From Halodesulfurarchaeum sp. (GTDB lineage Archaea > Halobacteriota > Halobacteria > Halobacteriales > Halobacteriaceae): DNA of 64,000 bases. Positions 20,111 through 31,100 of this stretch are shown here, in pieces; positions within the stretch are counted from its first letter, which is position 1, and each line of letters begins with the position of its first letter. The DNA lies in assembly GCA_034520565.1 (NCBI GenBank), contig JAXHNL010000001.1, positions 1 through 64,000 on the forward strand, read 5' to 3'. Below the pieces are notes generated by a model. The model was not told the origin of the DNA, made no database searches, and saw only the letters and a list, made by a program, of their open reading frames with translations. The translations under genes were made by a program, and so were the position numbers.

Positions 20111-21001
20111 TCAGGTGCTGCCTTTCCACCACTTGCAGGCTTCCATGTCGTCCATGGGTTCGTCGTAGAGCCCGCAGTAGGGGTCCATTCGCTCCGAGGG
20201 CGTTTCGTACTCGAAGTGGGTGCAGTTGCCACAGTACTTGTCCGGCCCGATCCGATCCCGCCCCATCACCTCGGCGTCGTCGCCCGTCTGTGTGGGCTGG
20301 GCCGGTCCCGTCGGTTCCGGCTCGACGATCTCCGCATCCGTCGAGGTGCCGCCGTCCGAAACCGACCCCTGGCGATGTGGTTGTGGACCGAGGTCGGGGG
20401 TGTCGGCCTCGCCGCCGAAGGTCCCGATTCCCCCGAGACCACTGCTGATCGCCTTGCCAGCGTTGTGGAACTCGGTCTGGACGGCTTCGACCGCCCTGAT
20501 CGTCGGCCCCTCGGAACCGACTCGCAGCGAGACCGTTCCGCCGGGATCGTTCCGAGTCTTGAACGTCGCGACCGCGGTGAAGAGCGACCAGAAGGTGATC
20601 AACACGCCGGTGAAGTAAACCAGAAGCAGGAGGAGGACCTGGTTCGTCGGGACGCCGGCAGTCGCGTACCAGTTCTCCGGGTACGCCGACTGGAACAGCC
20701 AGACGCCCAAAAGCGCCAGGCCGGAACCGACACCGGCGGCCATCCGGTGGGATCCCTGGCTCGGAAGGACGATCGTGATACCGGCGAACACGGCCGGAAC
20801 GCCGACGCCTGCGAGGATTCCGGCGATCTCCCGGCTGTCGAGAACACTCATCCCGTTGCCGACGAGGATACCGGTTCCGGCAAACAGGATCCCGGTGACC
20901 ACGAGCACTGCGCCGGCGACGAACAGAGCCGTTCCGACGAGGACCTGCTGGCGGCTCGCGACTCCGACCCGACGCTCGTAGGTCTCCCCGAGACTGGGCA
21001 T
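20111..21001 (-). CDS. Four-TM membrane protein with C-terminal four-cysteine domain
   Basis: Four hydrophobic segments, a long linker, then CGNCTHF..CGLY..CKWW. Confidence 0.75.
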   Translation of the reverse strand: MPSLGETYERRVGVASRQQVLVGTALFVAGAVLVVTGILFAGTGILVGNGMSVLDSREIAGILAGVGVPAVFAGITIVLPSQGSHRMAAGVGSGLALLGVWLFQSAYPENWYATAGVPTNQVLLLLLVYFTGVLITFWSLFTAVATFKTRNDPGGTVSLRVGSEGPTIRAVEAVQTEFHNAGKAISSGLGGIGTFGGEADTPDLGPQPHRQGSVSDGGTSTDAEIVEPEPTGPAQPTQTGDDAEVMGRDRIGPDKYCGNCTHFEYETPSERMDPYCGLYDEPMDDMEACKWWKGST

Positions 21002-21107
21002 ACTGGAATGTACACGACCCGGGACTATAACAGTATGTCAGACATCTGCGCCCTGCAGCGAGAATCGCATCGAAAGCTTGAATCGGCGGCCGGGAAAAAC
21101 GGTTCAC

Positions 21108-21392
21108 ATGGCCGAAGACGCTGATGAGGAACACGGCGTGGAACTTGGGGCCGGCCCCGACGTCGAGGGGGCCCCGATTTCCCGGGTCGCCGAGCGGCTC
21201 AGCTGGGCGATCCAGAAGAGCGAGATCGACCGCAAGGAAGGTGAAACACGGATCCGGACGCCCGAGGGGCCGCGGGAACTCTCGGAAATTCTCTCGGAGA
21301 TCGAAGAGACCTACTTCCCGACCCGACAGTCGTTCCGCGACGCCGTAGACGGAGTGATCGGAACCGGACCGGTACAAACAGCCGAAGAATAG
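21108..21392 (+). CDS. Small acidic haloarchaeal protein (DUF5789-like)
   Basis: MAEDADEE..EGETRIRTPEGPRELSEIL..ETYF; haloarchaeal codon usage. Confidence 0.65.
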   Translation: MAEDADEEHGVELGAGPDVEGAPISRVAERLSWAIQKSEIDRKEGETRIRTPEGPRELSEILSEIEETYFPTRQSFRDAVDGVIGTGPVQTAEE

Positions 21393-21396
21393 CCCG

Positions 21397-22170
21397 TTAA
21401 ACCGGGGCGTTTCCTGCAGTTTCGATCACGACGTACAGCACGAGCACCAGGGTCGAATTGTACAGCCCGTGAATCAGAATCGGAACGAGGAGGTTCATCG
21501 ATCGTTCGTAAGCGTACCCGAAGACGAGACTCGGAACGAAGAGAATCGCGATAGCCATGAGCCGTGCTTCGGCGGCGCCCGTGAGCGAGAAGTAGTGGAC
21601 GGAGGCAAACAGGGCGGCAGTGACCGGAATCGCGACTTTGGCCTCGAACCCTTCCCGGAGCCGACCCTGAACGACGCCCCGAAAGAGGAGTTCCTCCCCG
21701 GGCGCGACGACCAGTATCGAGAGGGGGACCAACCAGAGGAGGAGTTCGGGATTCTCCATACCGAGTTCCGCCGCCTGATTCGTCGTCTCGGGCGCTACCT
21801 GCAGGATCGTGAGCAGGATTCCCGCCACGAACACGAGCGAAAGCGCGGCGACATAGCCCCCGACGACCCAGAGGAGATCCCCGAATCCCGGCGCCCGGAC
21901 GGACACGTACGTTCGAATCGAGATCCCTCGAAGACTGAGATACGCGGTCCCGGTCGCCACGAAACCGATCGCCGTCGTGACGAAGACGACGGCGACCAAG
22001 GCGAGCAACGAGAGATCGACACCGAGCCAGACAGTCCCGAAGATGACCACCCCGCTGAACACGAACCCCACGGCTATCCCGAGAATACTGACGAGCACCG
22101 CGCCGAGGAGGGCATATCCCCGATTGGCCCCGCGTTCGGTTCGCGGGGCCCACGGATCGGCGGTTTGCAT
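21397..22170 (-). CDS. CPBP (CAAX/Abi) intramembrane metalloprotease
   Basis: EELLFRG, FASVH and HGLYN motifs; multi-TM. Confidence 0.9.
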   Translation of the reverse strand: MQTADPWAPRTERGANRGYALLGAVLVSILGIAVGFVFSGVVIFGTVWLGVDLSLLALVAVVFVTTAIGFVATGTAYLSLRGISIRTYVSVRAPGFGDLLWVVGGYVAALSLVFVAGILLTILQVAPETTNQAAELGMENPELLLWLVPLSILVVAPGEELLFRGVVQGRLREGFEAKVAIPVTAALFASVHYFSLTGAAEARLMAIAILFVPSLVFGYAYERSMNLLVPILIHGLYNSTLVLVLYVVIETAGNAPV

Positions 22171-22276
22171 ACCCCGACCTCCGTCCCTGACTCGAATAAC
22201 CCTTCTGCCAGCAGCGAACGCAACCAGGACACGGGACCGGGATTTGGAGTTCCGAACACCGACGGAGTAACCGATT

Positions 22277-23578
22277 TCAGCGCCCGCCTGCCCGGAAGTC
22301 GGTCAATCCGGCCTGCCGTCCCTCGACGAGCGTGGATTTCCGCCGCAGGTCGCCGAGGCCCACCGGCAGGTGGGGAACGATCTGTCTGATCGCGGAGTCG
22401 AACGTCTCGGCGACCCCCGGTTCGCCCGCCAGTTCCGGGTTCGGCCCGTCCTCGAAGGCGTTCCGAACGCTCTCCCGGACCTGCCAGACCCCGACTGGCG
22501 CCCAGTAGTCGTCGGAAACCTCCCGCAACACGAGCGCCTTGGCTTGCCGGCCGACCGATTCGAGGTACTCGAGGATCCCGAGCCGGGCTGCATAATACGC
22601 TCCGGCGGTTTCATCGACGTAGCTCGTTCGGCCCTCGAACCCCTCGTAGGCACTCGACATGAACACGTTTCCGTCGGGTTCCGGGTTCCAGATGCTGCCC
22701 GGGGATTTCATCTCGACGAGTTCGTACTCCCACGTGCCCGGAGCGAGCACGATCCAGTACCGGTTCCCGATGTACTCGTTGAGGAATACCGTCACCTGAT
22801 CGATCGACGGTGCGTTACGGATCCGGCCCCGGAGGAACGTGCTGACCGTGTCGTCCACGGCGGTGATGGACCACCGGGTCGGAACGAGTCGACGGTTTTC
22901 CCCCCGACCCAGCGCTCCGACGGAAAGAACCTGGTTGATGTCGTAGACGTCCAGTCCGCGCCGATAGAGGTAGGTCATCGCCCCTTCTGCCTGCCAGTCG
23001 TCGTCCTCGAGGGTCTTTTTGACCTGGGTCGGGACGTGTGGATTCTCGCTCAGGATCGCCGTTTCGGTCGTCGCGTTGGGTCCGCTCGGGGCGTTTACCT
23101 GTGGTTCGCGGTACTTGTCGAGATCGATATCCGGGGCGTCCTGCAGCCCGAGTTCGACGTCGACTGGCCGGTCGGCGATGGCGACCTCGCGCTGGGTGCC
23201 GACGAAGCCGTCCCAGACGTCCTCGACGTCGACCTTCGCGGCCCGCCGGGAGTTGAGCAGCCCGGTCCGGTACTGGAGGACGTTCTCGATGTCGAGGCCC
23301 TGCTGATACCATTTCCCACTGGTGGCGAAGTCGGCCGCCTGCTCCTCCTGACCGACCGGGGCGAGAATGCCCGTGTTCACGTTCGGATAGGACGCGCGCC
23401 CGACGAAGATCGACGGGGAGGTACTGCCCAGCAGCGAGCTACCCGAGAGCGAGGACTTGAGTTCCGTCTGCAGCCCCTCGACGTAATCCAGGATCTCGTA
23501 GGACTTCTCCTCGGCGAGCCGGCGACGGCGGGCCGACTCGTCGGGCTGGAAGCCCTCGATGTACTCGTCGAGGCGCAT
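22277..23578 (-). CDS. nreA: DNA repair protein NreA
   Basis: MRLDEYIE start; SPSIFVGR..YP, RRLVPTRWSITAVD, GAYYAARL, PVGVWQVRE; C-terminal PIP box QAGLTDF. Confidence 0.92.
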   Translation of the reverse strand: MRLDEYIEGFQPDESARRRRLAEEKSYEILDYVEGLQTELKSSLSGSSLLGSTSPSIFVGRASYPNVNTGILAPVGQEEQAADFATSGKWYQQGLDIENVLQYRTGLLNSRRAAKVDVEDVWDGFVGTQREVAIADRPVDVELGLQDAPDIDLDKYREPQVNAPSGPNATTETAILSENPHVPTQVKKTLEDDDWQAEGAMTYLYRRGLDVYDINQVLSVGALGRGENRRLVPTRWSITAVDDTVSTFLRGRIRNAPSIDQVTVFLNEYIGNRYWIVLAPGTWEYELVEMKSPGSIWNPEPDGNVFMSSAYEGFEGRTSYVDETAGAYYAARLGILEYLESVGRQAKALVLREVSDDYWAPVGVWQVRESVRNAFEDGPNPELAGEPGVAETFDSAIRQIVPHLPVGLGDLRRKSTLVEGRQAGLTDFRAGGR

Positions 23579-23642
23579 CAGGTGAAAAGTGGGCCGGGAT
23601 CGGGTTAAAACTCTCGGGCTGGTCGCCCGGCACCATCCGCCC

Positions 23643-26117
23643 CTATCCGATGTTTCGCTGCCACTCACCGAGCCGGTCGGCCGAGACCCCGTCGATGTCG
23701 GGAGCCACCGCGTCGGGGTCGATTTCGAGCAGGTCGCTCGCGTCCTCGATCCCCGCCGCCTGGAGTTTCTCCTTGGTCTTCTCCCCGATGCCGTCGATGG
23801 ACATGAGGTCGTTGTTCCGCTTGGCGACGTACTCCTGATAGTTACAGATCGGGCAGCCGAACTCCCACGGATCGTCGCCGTCCAGGATTCGGAGTTCCGG
23901 GAGGTCGTGTTCGTCACACCGGTCCTCGGTGACCTCGATTTCGCCCCGGCGGGGGAGGGGAACCGCGTATTCGCAGTCCGGATAGCGGGTACACCCCACC
24001 AGTCGCGAGCCGTTCCGAAGGTGTTTGATGGCGAGTTCGCCGCCGTGGTCCTCGCCGCACTCCGGACACGGACCGATGACCTCGTCTTCGGCGGCGTCCG
24101 CGTCTTCGACTTTGCAGAGCGGACAGCCGTGCACGAACGTGCTCCGACCGTCGAGCATCTTGAGGTGATGGAGGTCGTGTGTTTCACAGACGTCATCGAG
24201 GAGCTGGGGCTCACCCCGGTTTGGCAGTGGTGCGGTGAACTCGCAGTCGGGGTAGCCGTCACACCCGACGAAGTACGAGCCGCGCCGATTCTGGCGCACC
24301 AGGAGGTCCGAACCGCACTCCGGACACGGGCCGAGGGTCTTGTCGGCCTTGAGCGAGGAGCGGAGGTGGTCACCGATCGCGTCCCGGGATTCCGCCAGAT
24401 ACTCGAAAATACGGTCCAGGGCCTCCCGGGAGTCGGCCGTCACCTCGTCGAGTTCCTTTTCGCCCTCGACGATCGCAGTCATCTCTTCCTCGAGTTCCCG
24501 GGTCATCTCCTCGCTGACGACCAGGTCGGCGTACTCCTCTGCTGCCTCGACGACGGCCATCGCGAGTTGTGTCGGTCGTGGCGGGTCGTCCTCGAGATAC
24601 CCCCTGTCGTAGAGCTTCTCGATGACATTGTGTCTCGTGCTTTTCGTCCCAACCCCAAGCTTCTCCATCGTCTCGACCAGCCGGGACTGGCCGTACCGGC
24701 GTGGCGGTTTGGTCTCCTTCTCTTCGAGGGTAACCGACTCGATGCGAAGCGAGGAACCCTCCTCGAGGGCCGGAACGTAGTTCTCCGAGGTGTCGATGTA
24801 AGGGTACACCGCGTGGTAGCCCTCCTCGACCAGCCGCTTGCCGTTTGCCTTGAGCTGCCTGTCGGCCGCGGCCGCCACCACGCGAAGGTGCGCCCACACG
24901 GCCGGCTCCGCCAGCGTCGCGAAAAACCGCCGCGCAACGAGTTCGTACACCTGCCACTCGTCCTCGGAGAGGTCCTTTCGGGCCGGCACGTCCGGCGTCG
25001 GGTGGATCGGTGGATGGTCGGTCGTTTCGGACTCCCCACGAGTGGGTTCGAGGTCGCCCTGGTCGAGGAGGCGCGTCGCGGCGTCGTCGAATGGCGTCCC
25101 CTCGAAGACCGAGAGGAGTTCCGCGGGGTCGAGGTCATCCGGATAGACCGTGTTGTCCGTCCGCGGGTAGGTGATGTACCCGGCCGTGTACAGGTCTTCG
25201 GCGATGCTCATCGCCCGGCCGGCGTTGAACCCGAGCGAACCGGCGGCCTTGATGAACGACGTCGTCGCGAACGGGGCCGGTGGATCGTCGGTCCGACGCC
25301 GGCGGTCGACCGATTCGACCGTCACGGTGGCTGCCGAGGAGAGGTCCGCTTCGGCCCGGGTCGCATGGTCCTCGTCCCAGATCCGCTCGGCCTCCGAACC
25401 GTCATCGTCGTAGAAGTACTGGGCCTCGAAGGTGGTCTCGCCGCCGGCGAGGTCCGCGAACAACTCCCAGTAGGTCGTCGGGTCGAAGGCCTGAATCTCC
25501 CGCTCCTTGTCCACGATGAGCTTGAGCGTCGGCGTCTGCACCCGACCGACGCTGATGAAGTCTTTGCCGCGCTGGCCCGCCGAGAGGGACAGGAATCGCG
25601 TGAGCGCCGCGCCCCAGAGAAGGTCGATCTGCTGGCGAGCCTCCCCCGCCGCAGCGAGTTCGAAGTCCAGTTCGTCGGGGTTCGCAAACGCCGTCTTGAC
25701 CTCGTTTTCGGTGATCGAGGAGAAGCGGACCCGGGAGACCGGGACCGACTCGTCCACTTCGCGGACGAGTTCGTAGGCCTCCTTCCCGATGAGTTCGCCC
25801 TCCCGGTCGTAGTCAGTGGCGATGACCACGCTGTCGGCCTCGCGGGCGAGACGCTTCAACGAGGAAACGATGTCCGGCTTGGTGACCCGCGTCTCGATCG
25901 GGGCGTGAACGAGTTCTGCGGGTTGGACGTCCCGCCAGTCGGAATACTCCTCGGGGAAGTCGACACCGACGACGTGGCCGGCGAGACCGATCACGCGATG
26001 GGTCCCCCAGGCGTAGACGTCGACTCCGCCGACCCGCTCGGTCCGATTGGAGCCGTCGCTCAGGATCTCCGCGATGCGGCGGGCGGCGTTGTTCTTCTCG
26101 GTGATGATGAGTTCCAC
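23643..26117 (-). CDS. topA: DNA topoisomerase I (type IA) with zinc ribbons and C-terminal HhH domain
   Basis: LIITEK, ATDYDREGE, SVGRVQTP, YITYPRTD catalytic Tyr, DHPPIHP, GTKSTR; GTG start at 26117. Confidence 0.96.
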   Translation of the reverse strand: MELIITEKNNAARRIAEILSDGSNRTERVGGVDVYAWGTHRVIGLAGHVVGVDFPEEYSDWRDVQPAELVHAPIETRVTKPDIVSSLKRLAREADSVVIATDYDREGELIGKEAYELVREVDESVPVSRVRFSSITENEVKTAFANPDELDFELAAAGEARQQIDLLWGAALTRFLSLSAGQRGKDFISVGRVQTPTLKLIVDKEREIQAFDPTTYWELFADLAGGETTFEAQYFYDDDGSEAERIWDEDHATRAEADLSSAATVTVESVDRRRRTDDPPAPFATTSFIKAAGSLGFNAGRAMSIAEDLYTAGYITYPRTDNTVYPDDLDPAELLSVFEGTPFDDAATRLLDQGDLEPTRGESETTDHPPIHPTPDVPARKDLSEDEWQVYELVARRFFATLAEPAVWAHLRVVAAAADRQLKANGKRLVEEGYHAVYPYIDTSENYVPALEEGSSLRIESVTLEEKETKPPRRYGQSRLVETMEKLGVGTKSTRHNVIEKLYDRGYLEDDPPRPTQLAMAVVEAAEEYADLVVSEEMTRELEEEMTAIVEGEKELDEVTADSREALDRIFEYLAESRDAIGDHLRSSLKADKTLGPCPECGSDLLVRQNRRGSYFVGCDGYPDCEFTAPLPNRGEPQLLDDVCETHDLHHLKMLDGRSTFVHGCPLCKVEDADAAEDEVIGPCPECGEDHGGELAIKHLRNGSRLVGCTRYPDCEYAVPLPRRGEIEVTEDRCDEHDLPELRILDGDDPWEFGCPICNYQEYVAKRNNDLMSIDGIGEKTKEKLQAAGIEDASDLLEIDPDAVAPDIDGVSADRLGEWQRNIG

Positions 26118-26265
26118 GGGACCACCAGGCTGGCTTGGGCGTAGGCCAAGGCTCCTTGTAAGGATTTCGTCGCCGGCGTCGGGGTGGTTCGATTTCGGCC
26201 CCGTATCGCTCACCTGACACGCAAACTTGCGCTGGAACTCCTGGCCCGCAAACGTGGACCGGGAC

Positions 26266-27756
26266 TCACTCCGCGTCGGGTAACCGTTCGCGCAACAGCT
26301 GGTTTACGTCGCCCGGATCCGCCCGACCCCCGGTTTTCTGCATGACCTGCCCGACGAGGAAGTTGATCGCCCCGTCCTCGCCGGCCATGACGTCCTCGAC
26401 TGCATCGGGGTTCTCCTCGATGGCCGCTTCGACCGCGGACACGATCTCGTCGGTCTCGGTCTTGCCGAGGTCCTCGGCTTCGACGATCTCGTCCGGGCTG
26501 GCACCGTCGTCCAGCATCGAGCGCAGGACGACCTCGCGGGCGTTTCGCTCGGTGATCTCCTCGATTGCGACGAGTTCGACCAGGCGAGTGATCTCGTCGA
26601 AGCGGTCCTCGACGTCGGTGATCTCCATGTCGCGGTAGTTGAGTTCGCCCAGAAGCGTGTCCGCGACCCAGGTCGCTGCGAGGTCGGCGTCGAAGCGGTC
26701 GGCGACGGCCTCGAAGAAGTCCGCGACCTGTTTCGTCGAGGTCAACTTCGAAGCCGCCTCCACACCGAGCCCGTATTCGTCCTGGAACCGCTCGCGACGG
26801 GCGTCCGGGAGTTCCGGAATGGGGATCTCGTCTTTCCAGTGGGCGACCTCGAGGGGCGGGATGTCGGCCTCCCGGAAGTACCGATACTCCTTTTCTTCTT
26901 CCTTCTCGCGCATCGAGACCGTGATCCCGCGGGACTCGTCCCAGTGACGGGTCTCCTGAGTGACCTCGCGGCCGCGCTCGATCGCGTTTCGCTGGCGCGT
27001 GATCTCGTAGGCGAGCGCCGTTTCGGCCCCCTTGTGACTGGAGATGTTCTTGACCTCCGTTCGGTTGGCGTCCGCCAGAACGGTCTCGGGAATCGATCCG
27101 TCGCTCGCGATTTCGGCCTCGTCGATCAGAGAGATGTTCGCGTCGATGCGAAGGCTGCCGTCCCGCTGGCTGTCGTAGATCCCGAGATACTCGAGGACCT
27201 CCTCGAGTTTCGAAAGGAAAGCACGGACCGCACCCGGGCTACGGAAGTCCGGCCTCGTGACGATCTCCATCAGCGGGACGCCGGCGCGGTTGTAGTCGAC
27301 GAGCGTGTAATCGGCCGTGTCGATGTGGCCGCCCTCGTGCTGGAGGCTTCCCGGATCCTCTTCGAGGTGGGCTCGCTCGATGCCGACGTCTCGCCGCTCT
27401 CCCTCGTGGGAGATTTCGAGGTGGCCGTCGGCACAGATCGGGGCGTCGTACTGGGTGATCTGGAAGCCCTTCGGGAGGTCGGGGTAGAAGTAGTTCTTCC
27501 GGTGGAAGCGCGTGCGTTCGGGAATGTCCGCCTCGATCGCCTTCCCGAGTTTCACTGCCGCCTCGACGGCGGCTTCGTTCAGCACGGGGAGGGACCCGGG
27601 CAACCCGAGACAGACCGGACAGGTATTGGTGTTCGGCTGGGCGTCTTCGGCGTCGGTCGAGCACCCACAGAAGATCTTCGTGTCCGTCTCGAGCTGGACG
27701 TGGACCTCGAGGCCGATGACGGGCGCGAGGCTCGCCCGCGAGGAGACCGATGACAT
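26266..27756 (-). CDS. gatB: Asp/Glu-tRNA amidotransferase subunit B
   Basis: IGLEVHVQL, RKNYFYPDLPKGFQITQ, HLEED, DYNRAGVPLMEIVT, EVKN, FLVGQVM. Confidence 0.97.
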   Translation of the reverse strand: MSSVSSRASLAPVIGLEVHVQLETDTKIFCGCSTDAEDAQPNTNTCPVCLGLPGSLPVLNEAAVEAAVKLGKAIEADIPERTRFHRKNYFYPDLPKGFQITQYDAPICADGHLEISHEGERRDVGIERAHLEEDPGSLQHEGGHIDTADYTLVDYNRAGVPLMEIVTRPDFRSPGAVRAFLSKLEEVLEYLGIYDSQRDGSLRIDANISLIDEAEIASDGSIPETVLADANRTEVKNISSHKGAETALAYEITRQRNAIERGREVTQETRHWDESRGITVSMREKEEEKEYRYFREADIPPLEVAHWKDEIPIPELPDARRERFQDEYGLGVEAASKLTSTKQVADFFEAVADRFDADLAATWVADTLLGELNYRDMEITDVEDRFDEITRLVELVAIEEITERNAREVVLRSMLDDGASPDEIVEAEDLGKTETDEIVSAVEAAIEENPDAVEDVMAGEDGAINFLVGQVMQKTGGRADPGDVNQLLRERLPDAE

Positions 27757-27869
27757 TGAAATTCGATTCCGCGTCGAGGGCTATAGACCTGACGAAGGAC
27801 CGTCTGGGCATGAATGTCTGACGCGCGTCTGCCACACGGTTTAAGGCCTTCACGGTGGTTCGTACAGCC

Positions 27870-28157
27870 ATGACCGACGGCGAGAGCGTCGACGCGGCTC
27901 GCGTGGAAGAACTCGTTGCCACCGTCGATGGCCTGACAAATGAACTGCTCGACCTGCAGGAACGGGTTCGAGAACTGGAGGCCCAACTCGACGGGGAAAC
28001 ACCCACGCATGGGATCGAGGACGAGTCGAAAAGCGTGGAGGAACTCTTCGCACAGGAAGACGGTGGGACGGGATCGGCGGAGCGCGGTTCCAAGGAGTCG
28101 ACGGAGTCCGAACCCGAGGACGTCGAGACCATCGGTGACGACATCCTCGTCGGCTAA
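27870..28157 (+). CDS. Small acidic coiled-coil protein preceding smc
   Basis: TTTAAG box about 27 bp upstream; heptad segment RVEELVATVDGLTNELLDLQERVRELE; acidic tail ending DDILVG; 18 bp gap to smc. Confidence 0.75.
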   Translation: MTDGESVDAARVEELVATVDGLTNELLDLQERVRELEAQLDGETPTHGIEDESKSVEELFAQEDGGTGSAERGSKESTESEPEDVETIGDDILVG

Positions 28158-28175
28158 ACACACCCGACACACCAG

Positions 28176-31100
28176 ATGTACATAGACCAGATCGTCCTGG
28201 AGAACTTCAAGAGCTTCGGACGAACCACCAGGATCCCGTTTTACCAGGATTTCACGACCATCAGCGGGCCGAACGGATCCGGGAAGTCGAACATCATCGA
28301 CGCGATCCTGTTCGCGCTGGGATTGGCCCGGACTCGCGGCATGCGAGCCCAGAAGTTGCCCGACCTCATCTACAACCCGGCCCACGAAGAGGATCGTACC
28401 CACCAGGGTGCCCGCGAAGCGAGCGTCGAGGTGACCCTGGCAAACGAGGATCGGACGATAACGAGTTCCCAGCTGGCCGCCGCGCTCGGGACCGAGTCGG
28501 TCGACGAAGTCGACCAGATCCGGGTGAAACGCCGGATCAAGCAGACCGAGGACAACTACTACTCCTATTATTACCTCAACGGTCGCTCGGTCAACCTCTC
28601 CGACATTCAGGACCTCCTCTCGAGTGCGGGGGTGACACCGGAAGGGTACAACGTCGTCATGCAGGGGGACGTGACCGGCATCATCCAGATGACTCCACAC
28701 GAGCGCCGGGAGATCATTGACGAGATCGCCGGTGTCGCAGAATTCGACCGCAAGAAGGATGACGCCCAGGTTGAACTCGAAGCGGTCCGGGAGAAGATCG
28801 GCGAGGCCGAGCTACGGATCGAGGAGAAACAGGAGCGGCTCGACCAGCTCGAAGACGAACGCGAGGCGGCCCTGGAGTACCAGGGCCTCCGCGAGGAGAA
28901 ACAGGAGTACGAGGCCTACCGCGATCTCGCGGAACTCGACGAGCGACGTCAGGAACTCGCGGACACCCAGGCCGACATCGAGACCCGCGAGGAGGAACTC
29001 GAGGAACTGCAGGCCGAACTGACCGAGCGGGCGGAGACGGTTACCCGACTCACGGAGGATCTCGCCGACCTCGACGCCGAAATCGAGCGGAAGGGCGAGG
29101 ACGAGCAACTCCGGCTCAAGGGCGAGATGGAGGAGATCAAAGGGGAGATCTCCGGCCTCGAGGATCGTATCGATGGGGCCGAAGAGCGCATCCAGGAGGC
29201 CACCGAAACCCGCCGTCAGGCCTTCGTCAAGATCGATCGTAAGGGGGAGGAGATCGACGAACTCGACGACCAGATCCGAGAGTTGAAAGTCGAGAAGGCC
29301 TCCCTCGCCGGCGAAAAGGGAACCCTCGAAGCGGAGATCGAGGACGTCGAGGCCGAAATCGAGGCGGTGGATACGGCCTTCGACGACCTGAAAGCCGACC
29401 TGGACGCCGCCAAAACCGAACTCGAGGAGCAAAAGACGGAGCGAAACGAACTCCAGCGCGAGAAGGACCGACACCTCGACGAGGCCCGTCGTCGGTCGAC
29501 GGACCTGGAAACCGCCAGATCCGATCTCGAAGACGCCCGGGAACGGGCCGAGGAACTCGAAGCCAGGATCCGGGACCTCGAGCGGGAACTGGCGAAGTCC
29601 CGGGAGAACAAGGCACAGATCGAGGACGTTATCGAGGACCTCAACGAGGAGAAGGCGGAGCGACAGTCGGACCTCGAATCGATCGAGGCGGACCTCGAAG
29701 ACGCCCAGAAGGAGTACGCCACACTCGAGGCCCGAGCTGACGAGAACGGCGACAGCTCCTTTGGCCGATCGGTGACGACGATTCTCAACGCCGACATGGA
29801 CGGCGTCCACGGGGCGATCGCGGAACTCGGCAGCGTCGAACGGGACTACGCCACCGCCTGCGAGACAGCCGCCGGGGGACGAATGGCCCACGTCGTCGTC
29901 GCGGACGACGGCGTCGGCGAGCGGTGTATCGAGTACCTCAAGTCCCGGAACGCCGGTCGGGCGACGTTCCTCCCGATCACGAAGATGGACGACCGGTACC
30001 TTCCCGACCCGCCCGATCACCCGGGCGTGATCGATTTCGCGTACAACCTGGTCGACTTCGCCCGGGAGTACGCCCCGGTCTTCTCCTACGTTCTGGGAGA
30101 CACGCTCGTCGTCGATGACATGGCAACAGCCAGAGAGTTCATGGGCGACTCCCGGCTCGTGACCCTGGACGGGGACCTCGTCGAAAAGAGCGGCGCCATG
30201 ACCGGCGGGAGCGGCTCCGGATCGCGGTACTCCTTCGAGGCGACCGGCGAGGGACAGCTCAAGCGAGTCGCCGAGCGAATCGAGGAACTCGAAACGGAGC
30301 GGGCAGCCATCGCCGGCGACATCGACGACCTCGAGGAGCAGATCGACCGGGCACGAGAAAAGCGAGCTGACGCCCTCGACGGCGTCCGGGAGATCGAAGC
30401 CGAAAGCGGCCGGGCCGAGCGGGAGCTCGAATCGACCCGGGACGAGATCGAATCACTCGAACAGCGGATCGAGGACCTCGAAGCGGAGCGCGAGGCGGTC
30501 AACGAGGAGATGGCCGCCCTCGACGAAAAAATCGAGGAGACGACCGCGGCGATCGAGGCAAAACAAGCAGAAATCGAGGAGCTCGAGGCCGAACTCGCGG
30601 ACTCCAGGATCCCCGAACTGACCGACGAGAAGGAATCGTTACAGGCCGAGGTGACCGAGATCGAGGACCGGATCGACGAGATCGACGGCGAACTCAACAG
30701 CCTCGGGCTTGAGAAGGAGTACGCCGAGTCCGCGATCGACGACCTCCACGACGACGTCGAGGCCGCCCAGAACACGAAGGCCGAGCAGGAAGAGCGGATC
30801 GAGGAACTGGAGGCCGAAATCGACGATCGAAGGGCGAAACTCGAAGAAAAGGAGACCGCGATCGCCGAACTCGAGGAGGAGCTGGCCGATCTCAAGGCCG
30901 AACGCGAGGAGTTACGCGAGGAGTTGGCCGAGGCCAGGGAGGCGCGGGACGAGACCAAAAACGAGGCCGACAGCCTCCAGAACCGCATCCGGAGTCTCGA
31001 ACAGGCGGCGGGTCGACTCGAAGCCGAGATCGCGCAACTCGAGGAATCCGTCGAGGAAACTGACCCCGAGGACATCCCGGACCTGGAGACCGTCGAGAAG

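Noticed and set aside
22277-24373. 698-aa extended NreA ORF
   Set aside because: The N-terminal ~265 aa are a Ser/Arg/Thr-rich off-frame read of topA; NreA homology starts at MRLDEY (23578).
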